A stretch of 64,000 bases of DNA from Rotaria socialis. Its lineage: Eukaryota. How positions within the stretch are numbered: position 1 is the stretch's first letter; every line of letters starts with the position of its first letter. The position numbers and the translations under genes were made by a program. The notes under the pieces are model-generated. The model had not been told where the DNA came from. It saw only the letters and a program-made list of their open reading frames with translations, and searched no databases. The stretch covers positions 1 through 64,000 of the forward strand of contig CAJNYD010000058.1 of the NCBI GenBank assembly GCA_905331295.1, in the 5' to 3' direction. Positions 12,546 through 26,212 of the stretch are shown here, piece after piece.

Positions 12546-15350
12546 TGCGTAGAAAATATAATAGCATTGCAACTTAAGAATGGATTTATTTATATTTAGG
12601 ATAAGATATAAACAAGTATAGTTATAGTTTATTGGCAATTCAATAACCAATCAAAACCAATAATGAAAATTAACGTAATTACATTGATTGACTACAGTTT
12701 TTCTTTTAGTAGGTTGCCGAACACAATTAAAATACGCCAAAACATTTTTTCCCATGTAAATTTAAACCAAAATATTTTTGCATACTACTTGTCTTCATAG
12801 GATTTGTGCACGTTTCTCTTTCAAAAGAACGGAGTATCTCAGTGTGTGATGAAGTTTTGTTAATAATCTGTTAATGAGAAAATTGATTATGGATACGAAA
12901 TAAAGTTGGTAGGCGAAATGTATATTTACGTTTTATTCCAATGATAAATTCATCAGGACACAGCATTATAGAAATAATTCATTTTAAAGAATAAAATTGC
13001 GTTTCTTTTTGTGTAATAAATAATTAAAAAAAATCCTCCCTCTACATTTTGCGGTACTCTACTTACAAAATAAATATGTACAAAAATAGGTTGCTTTAAT
13101 CTTCCATCAGAATTTCTAATTGAATACACTGTTTACAATAATAAGTGTACTAAACAGTAATCAGACAAATAGAAGGGTTTCCAATGTATTGTAACACTTT
13201 TATTTGTTTGCATGATGTCCTCGTTTACCTTCTTTCATTCTGTATGTAAGTAAAAACAAAATCCCTATGTTTTAACCGCAACCCCGTACTCATACAACTA
13301 CGTAAAGGCTATGCGTTTTTTTTATTAACTCAATACTATTATGAGTTCTTTTTGTTGCAGATTTATTTTTTTAGGGGTAATGACTAAAAAAAATGAGAAA
13401 TATTGGTAAGTCGTTCATAGTTACTACACAATTTCGAATAAGTCACGAAGACTGTTTGCTTTTTCTATGATAGACACAATCCATGGTATTTAGAGATTAG
13501 CTGTAGCAAGTATGTCGTCTGATTTGTGAATTTTTTTGTTCAACAAGAAACTTCCATCTTATGCATTAAATATCTAGAATCTAGTCAAATATATTTTGTT
13601 GCCGTTTAAACACATGCTTTTTTGTGTTCTAGTATCATTATCAAGATCATATAGCTTTCAAATACAAGTTAAACTACTTTGCTCAATATGACTGGGCTGC
13701 TTTACTTAAGCGAAGTAGAACTGAGACTGATTTTCAATAGGTTTTAACTGATGCTAAATCTACACTGAAAACTTACACTAACAATGTCTATGCAGTATAC
13801 ATGATTTTTCACAGTGAACAATGTCAAATGTACAGTGAGCGTCAAAATAAACAAATTGAAAACTTTGAAAGTTTATATTTGAAGAGTTTTTCTGAAAGCA
13901 CCTTCATTGACTCTGTTGACTTACTGAAGTTTCTATGACGATTACTACGTAATTATGATTAGAGATCAAAGGAAGTGAGCAGGCTACATAGTATTCAGTT
14001 TTAGAACACTTTACATTTTCAAAATCTAATTCATATTATTCCTTAATCAAACAGAAGATCCTAAAATCAGCAGCAACGTTTAGCAAGAGTTTATTTTATT
14101 GAACGAAACAAAACAATAGACTTTTATTTTATTTTGAATCTTCTGCTGATTTACAAATCAAAGCTGCTCGTGTGAGTTTTCATTCTCTTTTTGCTAAAAC
14201 GAATTTAGTGTTTACTTTCATCAATAAATAAGGATGTGGGTAGAGACATGAGATGCTTTCTTGATCTTAATTATATTTGATCTCACTTATAACTGTAATC
14301 ACTGTGAATACCTCGACCCTTGGTTACGCGTCCATTTTTTCATTTTATTGTTTTTATATCAAGAGCTTAACCGTCAAGTGAACTATTTAATTGTTGAGCA
14401 AAGCAACCTCTGGAGCATGCGAATAATTGAACTGTAGAAGTGTAGATTTCAATTGAAGAAAAAACCGTCCCTCTTATTCAAGTTCTGTTTCGTTTTCTAG
14501 TTCTGTTTGAGTGTTGGTCCATATCTTAGTGTGCAAAGAAATTGAATAATGAGTAATCATTTTGATGCATGGAGATGAAATAAAGATAAGTTGACTTTAT
14601 TTGTGATAGTTCATAAACGATTGAATTGATTTCAAATGTGACTCGAAAATCTCTTCTTTCACGTGAAGCTTAGGTTCTTTGTGAAAATATATCTCGTCGA
14701 CTGTTTTACTTACCTAAGAAGTTGGATTTAACTAAAATGTTTTATCGAAAATTTTGAATACATTGTTTCATAATTTTTATCTCAAACGAAATCTTTCTTC
14801 TCAATGGTTGATGGAAATATTTCAAGATGAATTTTCTCTCATATTTTTCATGTAACTTGATCTTTTTACAGACACCATACTGCAGAACATCCAATGATAA
14901 GCATATGTATCATAATTGAATAGCTCGAATTTTTTTCTATGAAACTCTTCGTATAAATCTGCCCATTGATTATCAGACAGACACCATTGGTAATGCTCAG
15001 ATTGACGTAACGATCGTACATTGTCGAAAGACAAATTTCAAGATTCTTTTAAAGTACTTGGTACTGCTTATAACTATCTATCATAAATAGCTAGTCAGGC
15101 TTTACTCACTATTCGTTAAATTAGAAATAAGTAATTTTAAAGATTACTTTTCTAAAAATTTATTTTATCAATGTTTTACCGGTAACTACTCCCACTAACA
15201 GATTTAACATCGACATTTTAGAAAGCACTCTTCTGTTAAATTGAATTGGCCTACTTTACATCTACAGTCAACTGTGTTCTTCTTCAACTGTTTGAATTAG
15301 AACGATTAGTTGATATTTTGTGATCAATTGCAAAATTTACCAGATCGGCT

Positions 15351-15602
15351 ATGGTAAATGCATTTGTACGAAAATTTGTACCAATCGTTAATTTTATGAT
15401 CGCAACAGCTGCTCTCGCATTTCAAGTTGGTGTTTTATATCCTTGGCATCGTCACCTTGAGCAGCGATTCAATCAATTAGAGAATAGTCAAACGGAGAAA
15501 CTTGACACCTACCACAAAGTAAAAATGGAAACTATCAAGAACATCGAGGATAAAGTTTTGATATTACACGATAAATTAAAACCGTCCGATTCAGTCATAT
15601 GA
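15351..15602 (+). CDS. Small 83-aa single-TM/coiled-coil protein of a fungal-like family
   Basis: Intronless ORF with the motif VPIVNFMIATAALAFQVGVLYPWH followed by a coiled coil. The NF.IA..AL.FQV.VLYPWH motif is one I recall from small uncharacterised fungal proteins. Confidence 0.75.
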   Translation: MVNAFVRKFVPIVNFMIATAALAFQVGVLYPWHRHLEQRFNQLENSQTEKLDTYHKVKMETIKNIEDKVLILHDKLKPSDSVI

Positions 15603-16596
15603 TTTATTCTATCGAATGATATTTTTTTCCTAATGATTTTCCCCTGTGATATCCTGTTGACTTAGATTTCTTTCTACTTAAAAATTCCTTTTTGTTTGAT
15701 AGAATATGCAAAAAATCTCGAAAAATTTGTCATGGACTTATCAATTTTCATTCTTGTTGTCGCTTAAACCCTACAATAGAATTCGAAGAACCTATTTCAT
15801 TAATTTATTTTTGTATCGGTTTTTTTCCTAACCACTGTAATTTCCAGTAAACAAAAATTGTAAATCCAATAGATAAACTATATCAAATCGAACAATAAAA
15901 TTTTAAAAAATTGAACTAAATCAACAATCATAAAATATCATGACAAAAAATAAGATCGATTTTTGTACAATATTCTCTCCTTCATAATTTAGTGTGTTTT
16001 TCATCAACTCAAGACTACTCCAAAGATAAATTAGAGAAAAATAAACAATAAAACATGAAATGTTGTTTAAAGTAAATCAAATACAAAAATTATAGCACGT
16101 TTTTATTTTCAATTTTTACACACAATTAGTATATTATGAATATAAACGAACTGAATAGGTATGATTAAGTATGGTTTTAGCTTTTTTGTCACAGAATTTT
16201 CTTTGAAAATAACATTCTATTTAAAATTATGAAATGTGTCCTAAGTCATTTCTGTAAATAGAAACAAAAATGAATGTCATTTCATGTGAGACGCTTTCTT
16301 AGCTATATTTGTCTCCCAAGTGCTTATAATACATTCCGGTTACTTCAAAACTATCTTTTTTTATTTGATACTCATTCATATAAATCTGTGTTTCACGAAG
16401 ATCGAACTATTAAATAGATGAAAGAAAATAGTGTCCATTGAATGAAATAGTACAATACATTCGATTTATTAACATGATCATTTGTCATCAACTTGTTCAT
16501 TTTCATTGGTAACTTTGATTTTTATTTAACACAAAAAGACGAAGAAAAAAGCACGTTGTCGAAAATAAAATAGAAAAATACACGAAAGTTGTGTAC

Positions 16597-17270
16597 TCAG
16601 TTGGCATACGAGTCCAATTTACTTTTCATTTTATCATAGATAATAACAATTTTTTCTTGTAACATGACTGAATCGGTTTGACCCAATGTAGATAATTGTT
16701 GATCAATTTCGAATATTGATTTCAAATACTCCAATACTGATAAATAGGCCTTCACTGACTGAAGTGTCTTGCCTGTCTTTTCTTGTGAAGTAGACAGATC
16801 GGAATGATTTCTTCTAAAGGACTTTTCTCCAATTTCAATGTCTTTTTGAAAGTTCAATAGACTAGCACAATAATCTTTTAATATTTGATGAATCGATCCG
16901 ATCTTTATGTAATACACAGTCAAATCAAGATGGTGTGACGGTAAAAAATTTAGTTGAATTTCGATTATTTTCTCATAATAAGTCATTGCAATGGAAGAAT
17001 CTTTCAGGTTTTCATATAACGAACCAATATGATTATATATGGAAATGCGCTTTGGATCGTTTGATTCAAGCGATTTTAATACGGGTTCCATTGACTTTTC
17101 GAGATGCATGAGAGAATATTCGGACGATTTAGTACAGTTGAATAATTTTCCAATGATTGATACAGTATACCAATCTTCAGTAGCGGCGGAGCCACTAAGA
17201 CTCCTGAGACTTGAGTCACGCCTAGATTTCTGCAGATGAGGCTCAGTCGCGTTTGCTTTTATACTGAATA
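16597..17270 (-). CDS. TPR-repeat protein, degenerate or fragmentary (possibly a pseudogene)
   Basis: 42-aa-type TPR units: IYNHIGSLYENLKDSSIAMTYYEKIIEIQLNFLPSHHLDLTVYYIKIGSIH. The frame stays open upstream of Met 17109 to ~17280, with possible acceptor AGs; the 5' end is uncertain. Confidence 0.6.
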
Positions 17271-19009
17271 CTGTTATTTTTTATTCTCAGGATTTGCTAT
17301 GATGTAAACGTTTAATCTAACACGTCTAGATACATATTTTCTCATAAATCTATGTTATAGCGCGATTCACTTGTCCGCTCATGTTTCTTTTGTTTCTCTA
17401 TTCTATTATCGTACAGATGACATCAATCCCTTTAAATAGTTTTCCTTTGACACACATATACAAATAAAAGATAAATTCTCGGGTTTTTCAAATGTTAGAC
17501 TGTTGCGTTTTTGACAATTTCTTTCAATTATCTCAGAAATTTTAAGGGCTAGAAAGCTTATTCGACACACCTTATCTTACTCTATGCATGATGTGAAGTG
17601 AATAGTTTTACTAAAGTTTGAACTTCCAGAAACCTTTTTTTGGCATCGGAACGGTGTTACGTGAAAGGACCCTTTTCCTGAGTGGCACTTGAACAACTTC
17701 GATTTTTTTCAAACAACATCTCGCCAAATGAACTTCTAAGTGATAAAAAAGATTTTTCACCAGTCGCACTTGTTGAAATAAAATAATGCAAAAATAAAAA
17801 GTAACACTTTTACGCTATTTTGTATTGATCAATGTTGAGACACTTAGCATGGTCAGGTCTCTTTGATTTTTAGAGTAATTGGTCTATTCTCTACATATAA
17901 TCACTGTACAAAAAAAGCAAATTGCTACATCGAAGTGGCAGATCGTTATAATTACGGAAAATTGAAAATACTTCAGCAGTGTAAAAATTGTCTTGATGAG
18001 TGAAAGTTAAATATAAACAACCTATTTTTTAGAGAATTAAATTTCGTAGTGGATGGCATGGTGGGCATCAATTTTCCAATAAGCCCTGTTTAAAAATTCA
18101 AAATACGATTTACGAAGTCAAAGTTCCATTGTTTCAAGAAAAAAAACTACTAGATACACAATCAGCACAAGATCAGCATCCTAATGGTCTGTAAAGATCT
18201 CGTAGTCTGGGAAAATGATTTTGAATGATTTGATCATCGAAGTATCACATTACGTGGGCAAGCCATTCTATTGACTTGAAAAGTTACTGTTCGACTTTTG
18301 CATCAAAGCAGGAGCAAAGAAAAGTATTGTTTGGTATTTTCTAATCTTATTTTTTTAAGTTGACTATTTTTATTTTTACTGAAGTTCGATAAAAAAGAAG
18401 ACTTATTTTCTGCCTGATACTTTGATAAAATTCCACGATAAAAAACAATCTTATGAGTCTCACCTAGCTTAATGACGCTCCCCCATCCCTACAAATATGA
18501 ATTATTACGGGTTTGTTTTTTCGAAAAATAAATAGACACCAAAATGATTTATGATGTGATTCTTAACTGACAAAAGTATATTTCTGTCTTTATTGCCGAC
18601 GCTAGTAAACCATTACGAACAGAAAGTTCTAGTTTGCCTATAGTTTCATTCGTTCATTCTTTTCATATGAAAGTTAATTTTTATAAATGTAGAATCATAA
18701 AATTCGCATGACTACACTCTTGTGAGTACTTTTGTCGTTCTTTTTAAACATAAAACATGACCGCATTGGTTTTTGAATTTTTAGCGATCCTCATACAGAC
18801 AATTTCTTGCGTTCTGTCTTCATTTTGTATACATGTTATGAACTAGCTACTATATTGTTTATCAAACATAAATTGATACAGTCATTGGTTTAAGAGCTGT
18901 TAACCGATACGGTATAATGAAGAAAAAATTTCTTGCGTTCTGCTTCTCTTCAATCTGAAGGCAGCGAGATGTTAAAAATTTAATTTTGCGTTTTGAGGAT
19001 GTGATGCGG

Positions 19010-19256
19010 AACAAATAGTATAGAAAATAGAAAGATTCTCTTTTTCACTACATGCATGTGTCCACGTGTTATTTTTTTTGCTTGCTCGATTGAGTAGCGT
19101 TCTCTATTCATTCACTATTCTTTACACCTACATCACCTGTCTCTGTATCGTATAAGAATATGTAAGCAAACAAAGCATACAACGATAGCTGTGAAGATGT
19201 TAAAATGCGTAATTTTGTCGATGATCGTGGAGGATACTGGTTCAGTTCGTCACTAG
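19010..19256 (+). mobile_element. Dispersed repeat remnant ending in CTAG|T (Helitron-like 3' end)
   Basis: The terminal ~50 bp (...cagttcgtcactagta) is shared with ~41995-42043. A CTAG terminus followed by T is typical of Helitrons. The left boundary is approximate. Confidence 0.4.
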
Positions 19257-19618
19257 TATTATTTACAGAGAAATTTCTTACTGACCTTATGATCTTAAAA
19301 ATATTTTATTCTTTATCAATAAATTGTGATGACAGGTTTCCTGTCTCGTCTGTACGCTCTCTGATAACCTGAGAAATATTCGAGGAAAGTTGTTTACTGA
19401 GCACCAATTCAACTGTAGACGTCAGTGAATACTTCAAATTGTAGCTACTACTATTCGTTTCACAACAACTCACATGATTTATACATATTATCCTGACCGT
19501 TTATATGAATGTTCTAAGAACAATAGTGTGTTGTCAACATCGAAAAATATGACTCGTTCTTATAATAGAAAAAATGAAAAGTAAAAGTTTCATTTTTCCT
19601 GTGTCTGTCTTCGATCTG

Positions 19619-19652
<34 letters not shown>
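19619..19652. repeat. (GAAA)n microsatellite
   Basis: Directly visible gaaagaaagaaag... run. Confidence 0.9.
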
Positions 19653-19653
<1 letters not shown>

Positions 19654-22600
19654 GAACAAAATATTTCTCATGGCACCTTATTGTTGCGAACAGCAACGAA
19701 CGATAGAAGCGTGAAAAATCATTTGCCGACAATATTTTATGAGATGATGGCAATATACATGCTGCTCACATTGTTAAATTGATGCAGAGCATGCAAGCGA
19801 GAAATCGTAACAAATGCTGACAACTAGTAATGGGAAAAGACAGCCTCAAGTGAGTTTCTAGATTTTTATCGATAATAATGCCTCTTATGAGAATTTACTG
19901 AATTGGAAAAAAAATTAACCATTATATATTTCATTTTTATCGATACATTCTTATTAGTAAAAACAATGAAATATCGAATTTTTCCCTATGTGATTATTCA
20001 GATAACCTTAATCAATTTATTCGTTTTCCGACTAATCTAAGAACAACATATGAGAAAAATATTCATCTACTCAAAATACTTTGTAACTCTTAGAACTGAA
20101 TAAACTGAAACTATCTGCTTGTTATCTCGTTTAGCAACATGTGACTTCTATTAAGATGTGAACAACTTTGCTAACATTGGAAGTGTTTTCTTTCTTTTCT
20201 AAAATAATTATGTTTGACTCTGTAGATATTTTTCCATATGTCAACAGGCAAACATCGGGCGAATCGAATAATACAAAATTTATTCAGTTATCTTGAAAAG
20301 TAAATAAGTAATTACAATTATTCTGATTAGAAGCGTTGTACCAAAAAGAAACTTATTCCTAGTAAGAAGAAACACTATACAATATATAAAAAAACTAATC
20401 ACTTCTTTTTAGGAAATGAACACTTTTACTAACTAACATTTATGTAAAGGTTTCGATCGCTGATATCGAAATTTTATTATCAAATATTAAGCTTTGAACT
20501 TCAGATTTGCTAAAATTTTCTCTTTATTTACCCATTGAAAAATTCATAGTCTTCCAGACTAAAATCAACAGATTGGTAGTAAATTTAAAGCCGGTAAGTT
20601 TGAGAAATTCTTTCAACAATAGCAGTTTTATCGACAGTTAACCCTAGTGGACTCTTCATTACGGAATCATCAAAAAGTATGTTGAAATTCATGAAACTCC
20701 ATGTATATTGTGTGAGGATCACCATACTAACTTCATAAGGACTCAAAAACTATTCGCTAGAAAATCTTGAGGTTTTAAGATGTCGAAAAAACTTACAAAG
20801 TTTTCAAGGAGTCTTTCGATGAGAATTCTATTAAAAGATATTTTACTATTAAAAATGTGTCTTCTAAATTTCATTTGTTCATAAGAGGAAGCAAAAGCAA
20901 GTAATCGGTTGAAAGCATGTCGAGCTGTTGCAAAGAGAGAAAATAGTAATTAAAAAAAGCTACGCAATAGAAAATATTGGTTTTCAGCTACGAATTTTGA
21001 ATAAAAATTATATGTATACATATTTTATTTAGATCAAAATCTAGAACAACTTAAACGGCAAATATTATTTTAAAAATCAATCATATTTATTTCTGTTGAG
21101 GAAAAGAACAACCATCATTACAACGGTAAATACTTTTAAATTTATATATTTTTTTTTTCATACAGCTCTATCTCAAGGACAATTGCAACTGTAAGTACTA
21201 TTTAAAAAAAAAGTTAAATTAAATTATATATTTACTAAAGAATAGACACAAAAGAAAGTCAACGCTCCTTCACTGACACATCGTACATATAGATAGAATG
21301 ACAGAGATATGTTACCCGACCATGTAAAAATAGCTGCTGAAGTCTCCCGTCAAACTTCTCAACTCAAAAATATCTTGTAAGGAAAATTGTTTATTTAATT
21401 CGAACGAGTATCATTTGAATTAAACACTATTATATCAGTGATCTTTTCCTAGAATCGATCTGGGGAAAAGGCAAAGACAATAATCGAATATTTAAGCAAA
21501 AGGTTCTTGTCACTGTTGTCGAAGCCCGAAAAAAGATGTGTTTCTCAACATGCTAGGCTACATGGACTGAATTTTTATAACAAGTGATTTCGATGCCCAG
21601 TGCACTGAATATACTTTCGACACGTTTTTGACTGTTTTATTGGAAAAGTTGAAAATTCCGTAAAAACCACCATTTTTCAATGACTAGTAATTTAAAAGAA
21701 TATCAGCTATCTACTCGAGAAACTATTCATGGAATCATTCTATTGTGCGTGAATTATTTGTAACATATCAAATTATTACTTCTACAAGGCGGCTAGACAA
21801 TGAGAAAAATCAAAGTACTCAGTCTCTTGCAAAAAAAGCCAACCCATTCAAATCATAACTAGAAGCGAATTGTACACTTATGTTAGTATCGATTTCTATA
21901 GGGCGCTCTTTTAGGCTAAATAAAATTATAATTGACAATATTTTTCCATTCTCGTCAGATTTGTTCCAGAAACATATGGCTAAATATTTCAGCAATTACT
22001 TTTGTATAATGGGTTATACAACACTTTTTAGTCATCTGATGTAGTTCTTATCTTGTATAACTGAAAAGCGTCGATGAAATTTCTACCGACTCTAAAGAAA
22101 ATTCACAAAAGATTCCCATACGCATGAAAAGTAATTCCTACAGAGAAAATCTCAATTCATATTATTTATAATACACTTTAAGATTAATCTGCATCATCTG
22201 CTTGTCATTTCTTACCCAATCTATAGAATGGTGTTTGCCAGTAGAAACTATAAAAAACTATCATATTCAAATAAATTCTCATGGCTTCGATCCAATGTTC
22301 CACTGTCGATAATTTATCAGAAATATTTAAAATAATTTTATTTTCAAGTAAATTTTCTGTCTGAATATAATATCGTGAATTAACAGTACAACATTGATGC
22401 AATATTCGTTTTTCTTTGTAGAATACAATTGAACAATGTTCATAGTCGGACTTCGCTACAACTTATCGAATGTGTACAAATATGTATTATATCGACTAGA
22501 TGGAATCATTTGATTTAATTTTAGTAGTGAACGCTTTTTGAGTCGTATTGACTTTATTGAAATAGTCGATCTTCATTCTAATTAGCTATGTTTCTTTCAT

Positions 22601-22902
22601 TTTGAGCATGTGCTCAGAATAAGAGAATTGGCTTACGACCAAAATAATAGGAACAATGCCGAATAAATATTTATATATTAGAACAGAAAGACATTGGGAT
22701 ATAATGTATACCGTGCCATTTTTAGTGATGTTGAAGACATCATGTAGAATCTAATATAATTACATGCTTCATTTAATTTTTAGATTTTGAATTCAAAACA
22801 TCACACATATATAACAATGGAATCTTGACCAATCGCCATTTGTTAGTACTTCTCCTTAATTACGTCTAGATTACAACTAAAATCGAATTATTATCATTCA
22901 AA

Positions 22903-23901
22903 ATGTGTATTTACAGAAAAATAAGCAAGGCAAAACTTCGTTATGTAGTCAAAATCTGTTCTGTGACAATAGCCTGCATTTTGCTTTTTGTCTATGTGTT
23001 CATTCTAGAGCCATATTGTTTTTTTAAAAGTGCACTAAACTCAAATGATATCTCGCACTTTGCTGTCTCAAAAATAGAAACTTACGGATCTCAACGTTTA
23101 TCAGCCGACAACACAAACATTATAGTCATGTTAATTCCAAGAGTTTCATCCAAATTAATTCAACGGCTCCAACTTCTTGATTCGAACTTCGAAGATAACT
23201 TTACAACGGGCATTCTTTTTCTATACACTAATGATCTTTATAGGGCTGATTTCCTACGTTTAACTAAAACGATGAAGCGACAAGTTTCATTTCTTAATGT
23301 AGCTGAAGTTTTTAACTTATTTCCAACTGAATTCGATGCTTGTAAGACAAAAACATCTTATCGTGTAAGAGGAAAATGGAATTATTTGCTTATGATAAGA
23401 TTTTGGTTTAAAACTCTATTTGAATTACCTCAATTACAACAGTATGATTACATTATGAGACTCGACGATGATTCGAAACTACTCGGTCGTTGGTTCAATG
23501 TTTTTGATGAAATGCGTCGAAAAAATGCAGTTTATTTTGCAAATGATATTGATGTAGACTTAGAAACACAACTGCCTGGTACAATGAATATGAAACAAGT
23601 GACATCTGATTACATAAAAAAAAATAATATTCATCCAAAGCAAATGAATATGTTGAATCAAGCGTTTAATAACAATACAGTTTGGAATTATTTTAATAAT
23701 TTTGAAGTATCAAAAGTTGAATTCTTTCGACGTAGAGAAGTTCGCCACTGGGTGGACACTATTGATTCTACGCATGGTATTTTTAAATATCGATGGGGTG
23801 ATGCAGTTTTGCGGTATCTTACTATGGCTCTATTTGCTGAATCACATGAAGTATTGCATAGACCTGCCTATAATTTGCCATATTGTCATAAATGTCTATG
23901 A
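22903..23901 (+). CDS. Glycosyltransferase family 15 (KRE2/KTR-like alpha-1,2-mannosyltransferase), type II membrane protein, intronless
   Basis: 332-aa ORF with an N-terminal TM. GT15 motifs Y..M.RFW, YDYIMRLDDDS, YFNNFEVSKVEFFR and IDSTHGIFKYRWGDA. Confidence 0.9.
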   Translation: MCIYRKISKAKLRYVVKICSVTIACILLFVYVFILEPYCFFKSALNSNDISHFAVSKIETYGSQRLSADNTNIIVMLIPRVSSKLIQRLQLLDSNFEDNFTTGILFLYTNDLYRADFLRLTKTMKRQVSFLNVAEVFNLFPTEFDACKTKTSYRVRGKWNYLLMIRFWFKTLFELPQLQQYDYIMRLDDDSKLLGRWFNVFDEMRRKNAVYFANDIDVDLETQLPGTMNMKQVTSDYIKKNNIHPKQMNMLNQAFNNNTVWNYFNNFEVSKVEFFRRREVRHWVDTIDSTHGIFKYRWGDAVLRYLTMALFAESHEVLHRPAYNLPYCHKCL

Positions 23902-26212
23902 TAATCACATGTAGTTTCACATTGCTGATATTTACGTTGGTTTTTCTTCGGACTATTGTTGAGTCATCTGTACGTCTTGTTTTCTATGAGTGAAGTCGAT
24001 ACGCAGTGCATTTTATTTCAATGTAATATGAGCATTCATTTTTATATTTTTGAGCGGTTCATCTGTTCGAATGTATTTTCTATTCACTAGTATGTACGAG
24101 ATAATCTACATCAATCGAGTATTGTTATTTGTTATTATTTGTGTAACCGATAAAAAATAAAATCAATATGAAACTCATTATTTTCCATAATGATGAATAT
24201 TTCAGCATAGCTTCATCAGTAGGCGCTAATAGTATTCAATATTTACTCTTAACATTCTTGTTTCATGTATGTTTTGAGAACAACCCAGGAGCTATTCTAG
24301 AGATGCTTTTCCTTTCGCAATTGCACCCTCTAATTCCGTAAGAAAAATATGTATACATTTTGAACCAATAGATTATGTGTTTTCATTTGCTATTTCGTCT
24401 TAATTCTAATCTTCGCATTGTTCAGATGCATGGTACATAGAAGAATAAAGAAATAATTTACTCCTTCGGGAATCATAATTATATTGCTAGTAGTCCTGTG
24501 TATAGTCTGAATTATATGCAAGCTGTTCGTTGTAGTAAATTTTAGTCTCTTTACTCTAACTAGAAATGTCCAATTACAATAAATTAATCAACGAAAGCTT
24601 ATATTGAACAAATTGAAGCCAGTTATATACGTAGGTGTTCATTGAGGCACTGACATTTAGTGGAAAACCGATACTCAAAAAACAATTATTGCACTAATTT
24701 CAGAATCGATATACTTGGATTGTACAAATAATTATGTGTCGATCCAAGACCAAACTCGCATCCTCAATATTAAGTCATGTTCTTTTAATTCCTTTCATTT
24801 TTGTTTCTTAAAATATATTTGATTGAAAATGTTTCAAGTGTGTAAATTTCTAGCTTGATATGCAAATTGACAAGGTGAATATGAAACAGTTATTTGCAAC
24901 ACACTATCGATGATAAATAATGCAAATTTAAAATGTGTACCTCTCTGATAAAATACAATATGAAAAATTGATTTGTAGATAATGTATTTGAGAAGTTTTA
25001 AAAACGTATTATTTTTCTCTTTAGATCATATCGATTAAGGTTAATAATGATTGACTGATTTAGTTATTTTCTGGTCGAATGGATAATACAAAATATTTTT
25101 TTTCGTCATAGAATTTTTAGTAAATGGATGCTTATGATCATTTTAGCCTGAATGGTAATATGTATCAATATAATATCAAACACAACAAAATATTCTAATC
25201 GAAACAACACGAAAAAGCTGAAAACATGAAAATATTGACTAGATTACTAGAAGATCCAACTAATAGTAAAAATGCATATTTATGTTAATCGAGCTATTGA
25301 CGTTTTTTCTAACGATTATTCTGAAAATGATTCGTTTTCATCGATGAAAGAATAAACATAAGTGAAAATTAATTTCGATTAATACGCTTGCTTCTTAATC
25401 ACTGATTATATTAACAGTGATGAGAATCAATACGAAATTAGCAACATCCGTTGAAAGTATACTACAAATGTTTCGAAAACTGGAAAATTTCAATTTTGTA
25501 TTAGAGACTTTCTTATTGCGTGATTTAGAATTTCGTATTAAAATATACTATGCTATTTGAATTACGAAAACAAATACTTCACTAGCTTTTAAACAAGTCG
25601 GTAGTAACAGATTCATAAATAAACATTAAGTAGGGCAAGAAGAAAAATGCAGTCTCATTTTTGTAAATTCAAATGTGTAATGATTCACAATCAGAATGCG
25701 ACAACTTGTTGAATAGATTTGATGATTCATACAGTTTATTCAAACACTCTTAAAGAGTGTGTGCTACTTTTTTAAATCTTCTAAACTAATATCAATTCGC
25801 AATTTCTTCAAGTTCATCTTAATTCATTTTATTTTTATTTCACATTTTAATCGAGTGTTTATCTTGTAACTTGTTAAAACTATATTTCGAGTCTTGTCTT
25901 CGTAATTCAAAACGAAAAGCTAATAGAAGAAAAAGGCGCACTTGAGAATTTTACTTTGACGTGTTCTGCTCTTTGGTGACATCTACTGATGATAAATATG
26001 CGCTAACTCTTTCGTCAAAATATAGAGCCACAGAACTCACGTTTATGTCCTCTTTTTTTCCTTCTGCTCTGTTGCGATCCATCCACATCCAGCAGTATTT
26101 ATGAAAATTCTTAATTCTGTTCAATTAAATATGAAGTTCTTTTTCATTCAATATTTTGTTTGATTTTAGTTTTAGTCTATGACAATATTATCTCTTGCGC
26201 TGAGCTACAACT

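Noticed and set aside
14822..15034. 70-aa ORF with coding-like composition
   Set aside because: No recognisable domain or supporting exon chain; it may be a decayed fragment but cannot be supported.
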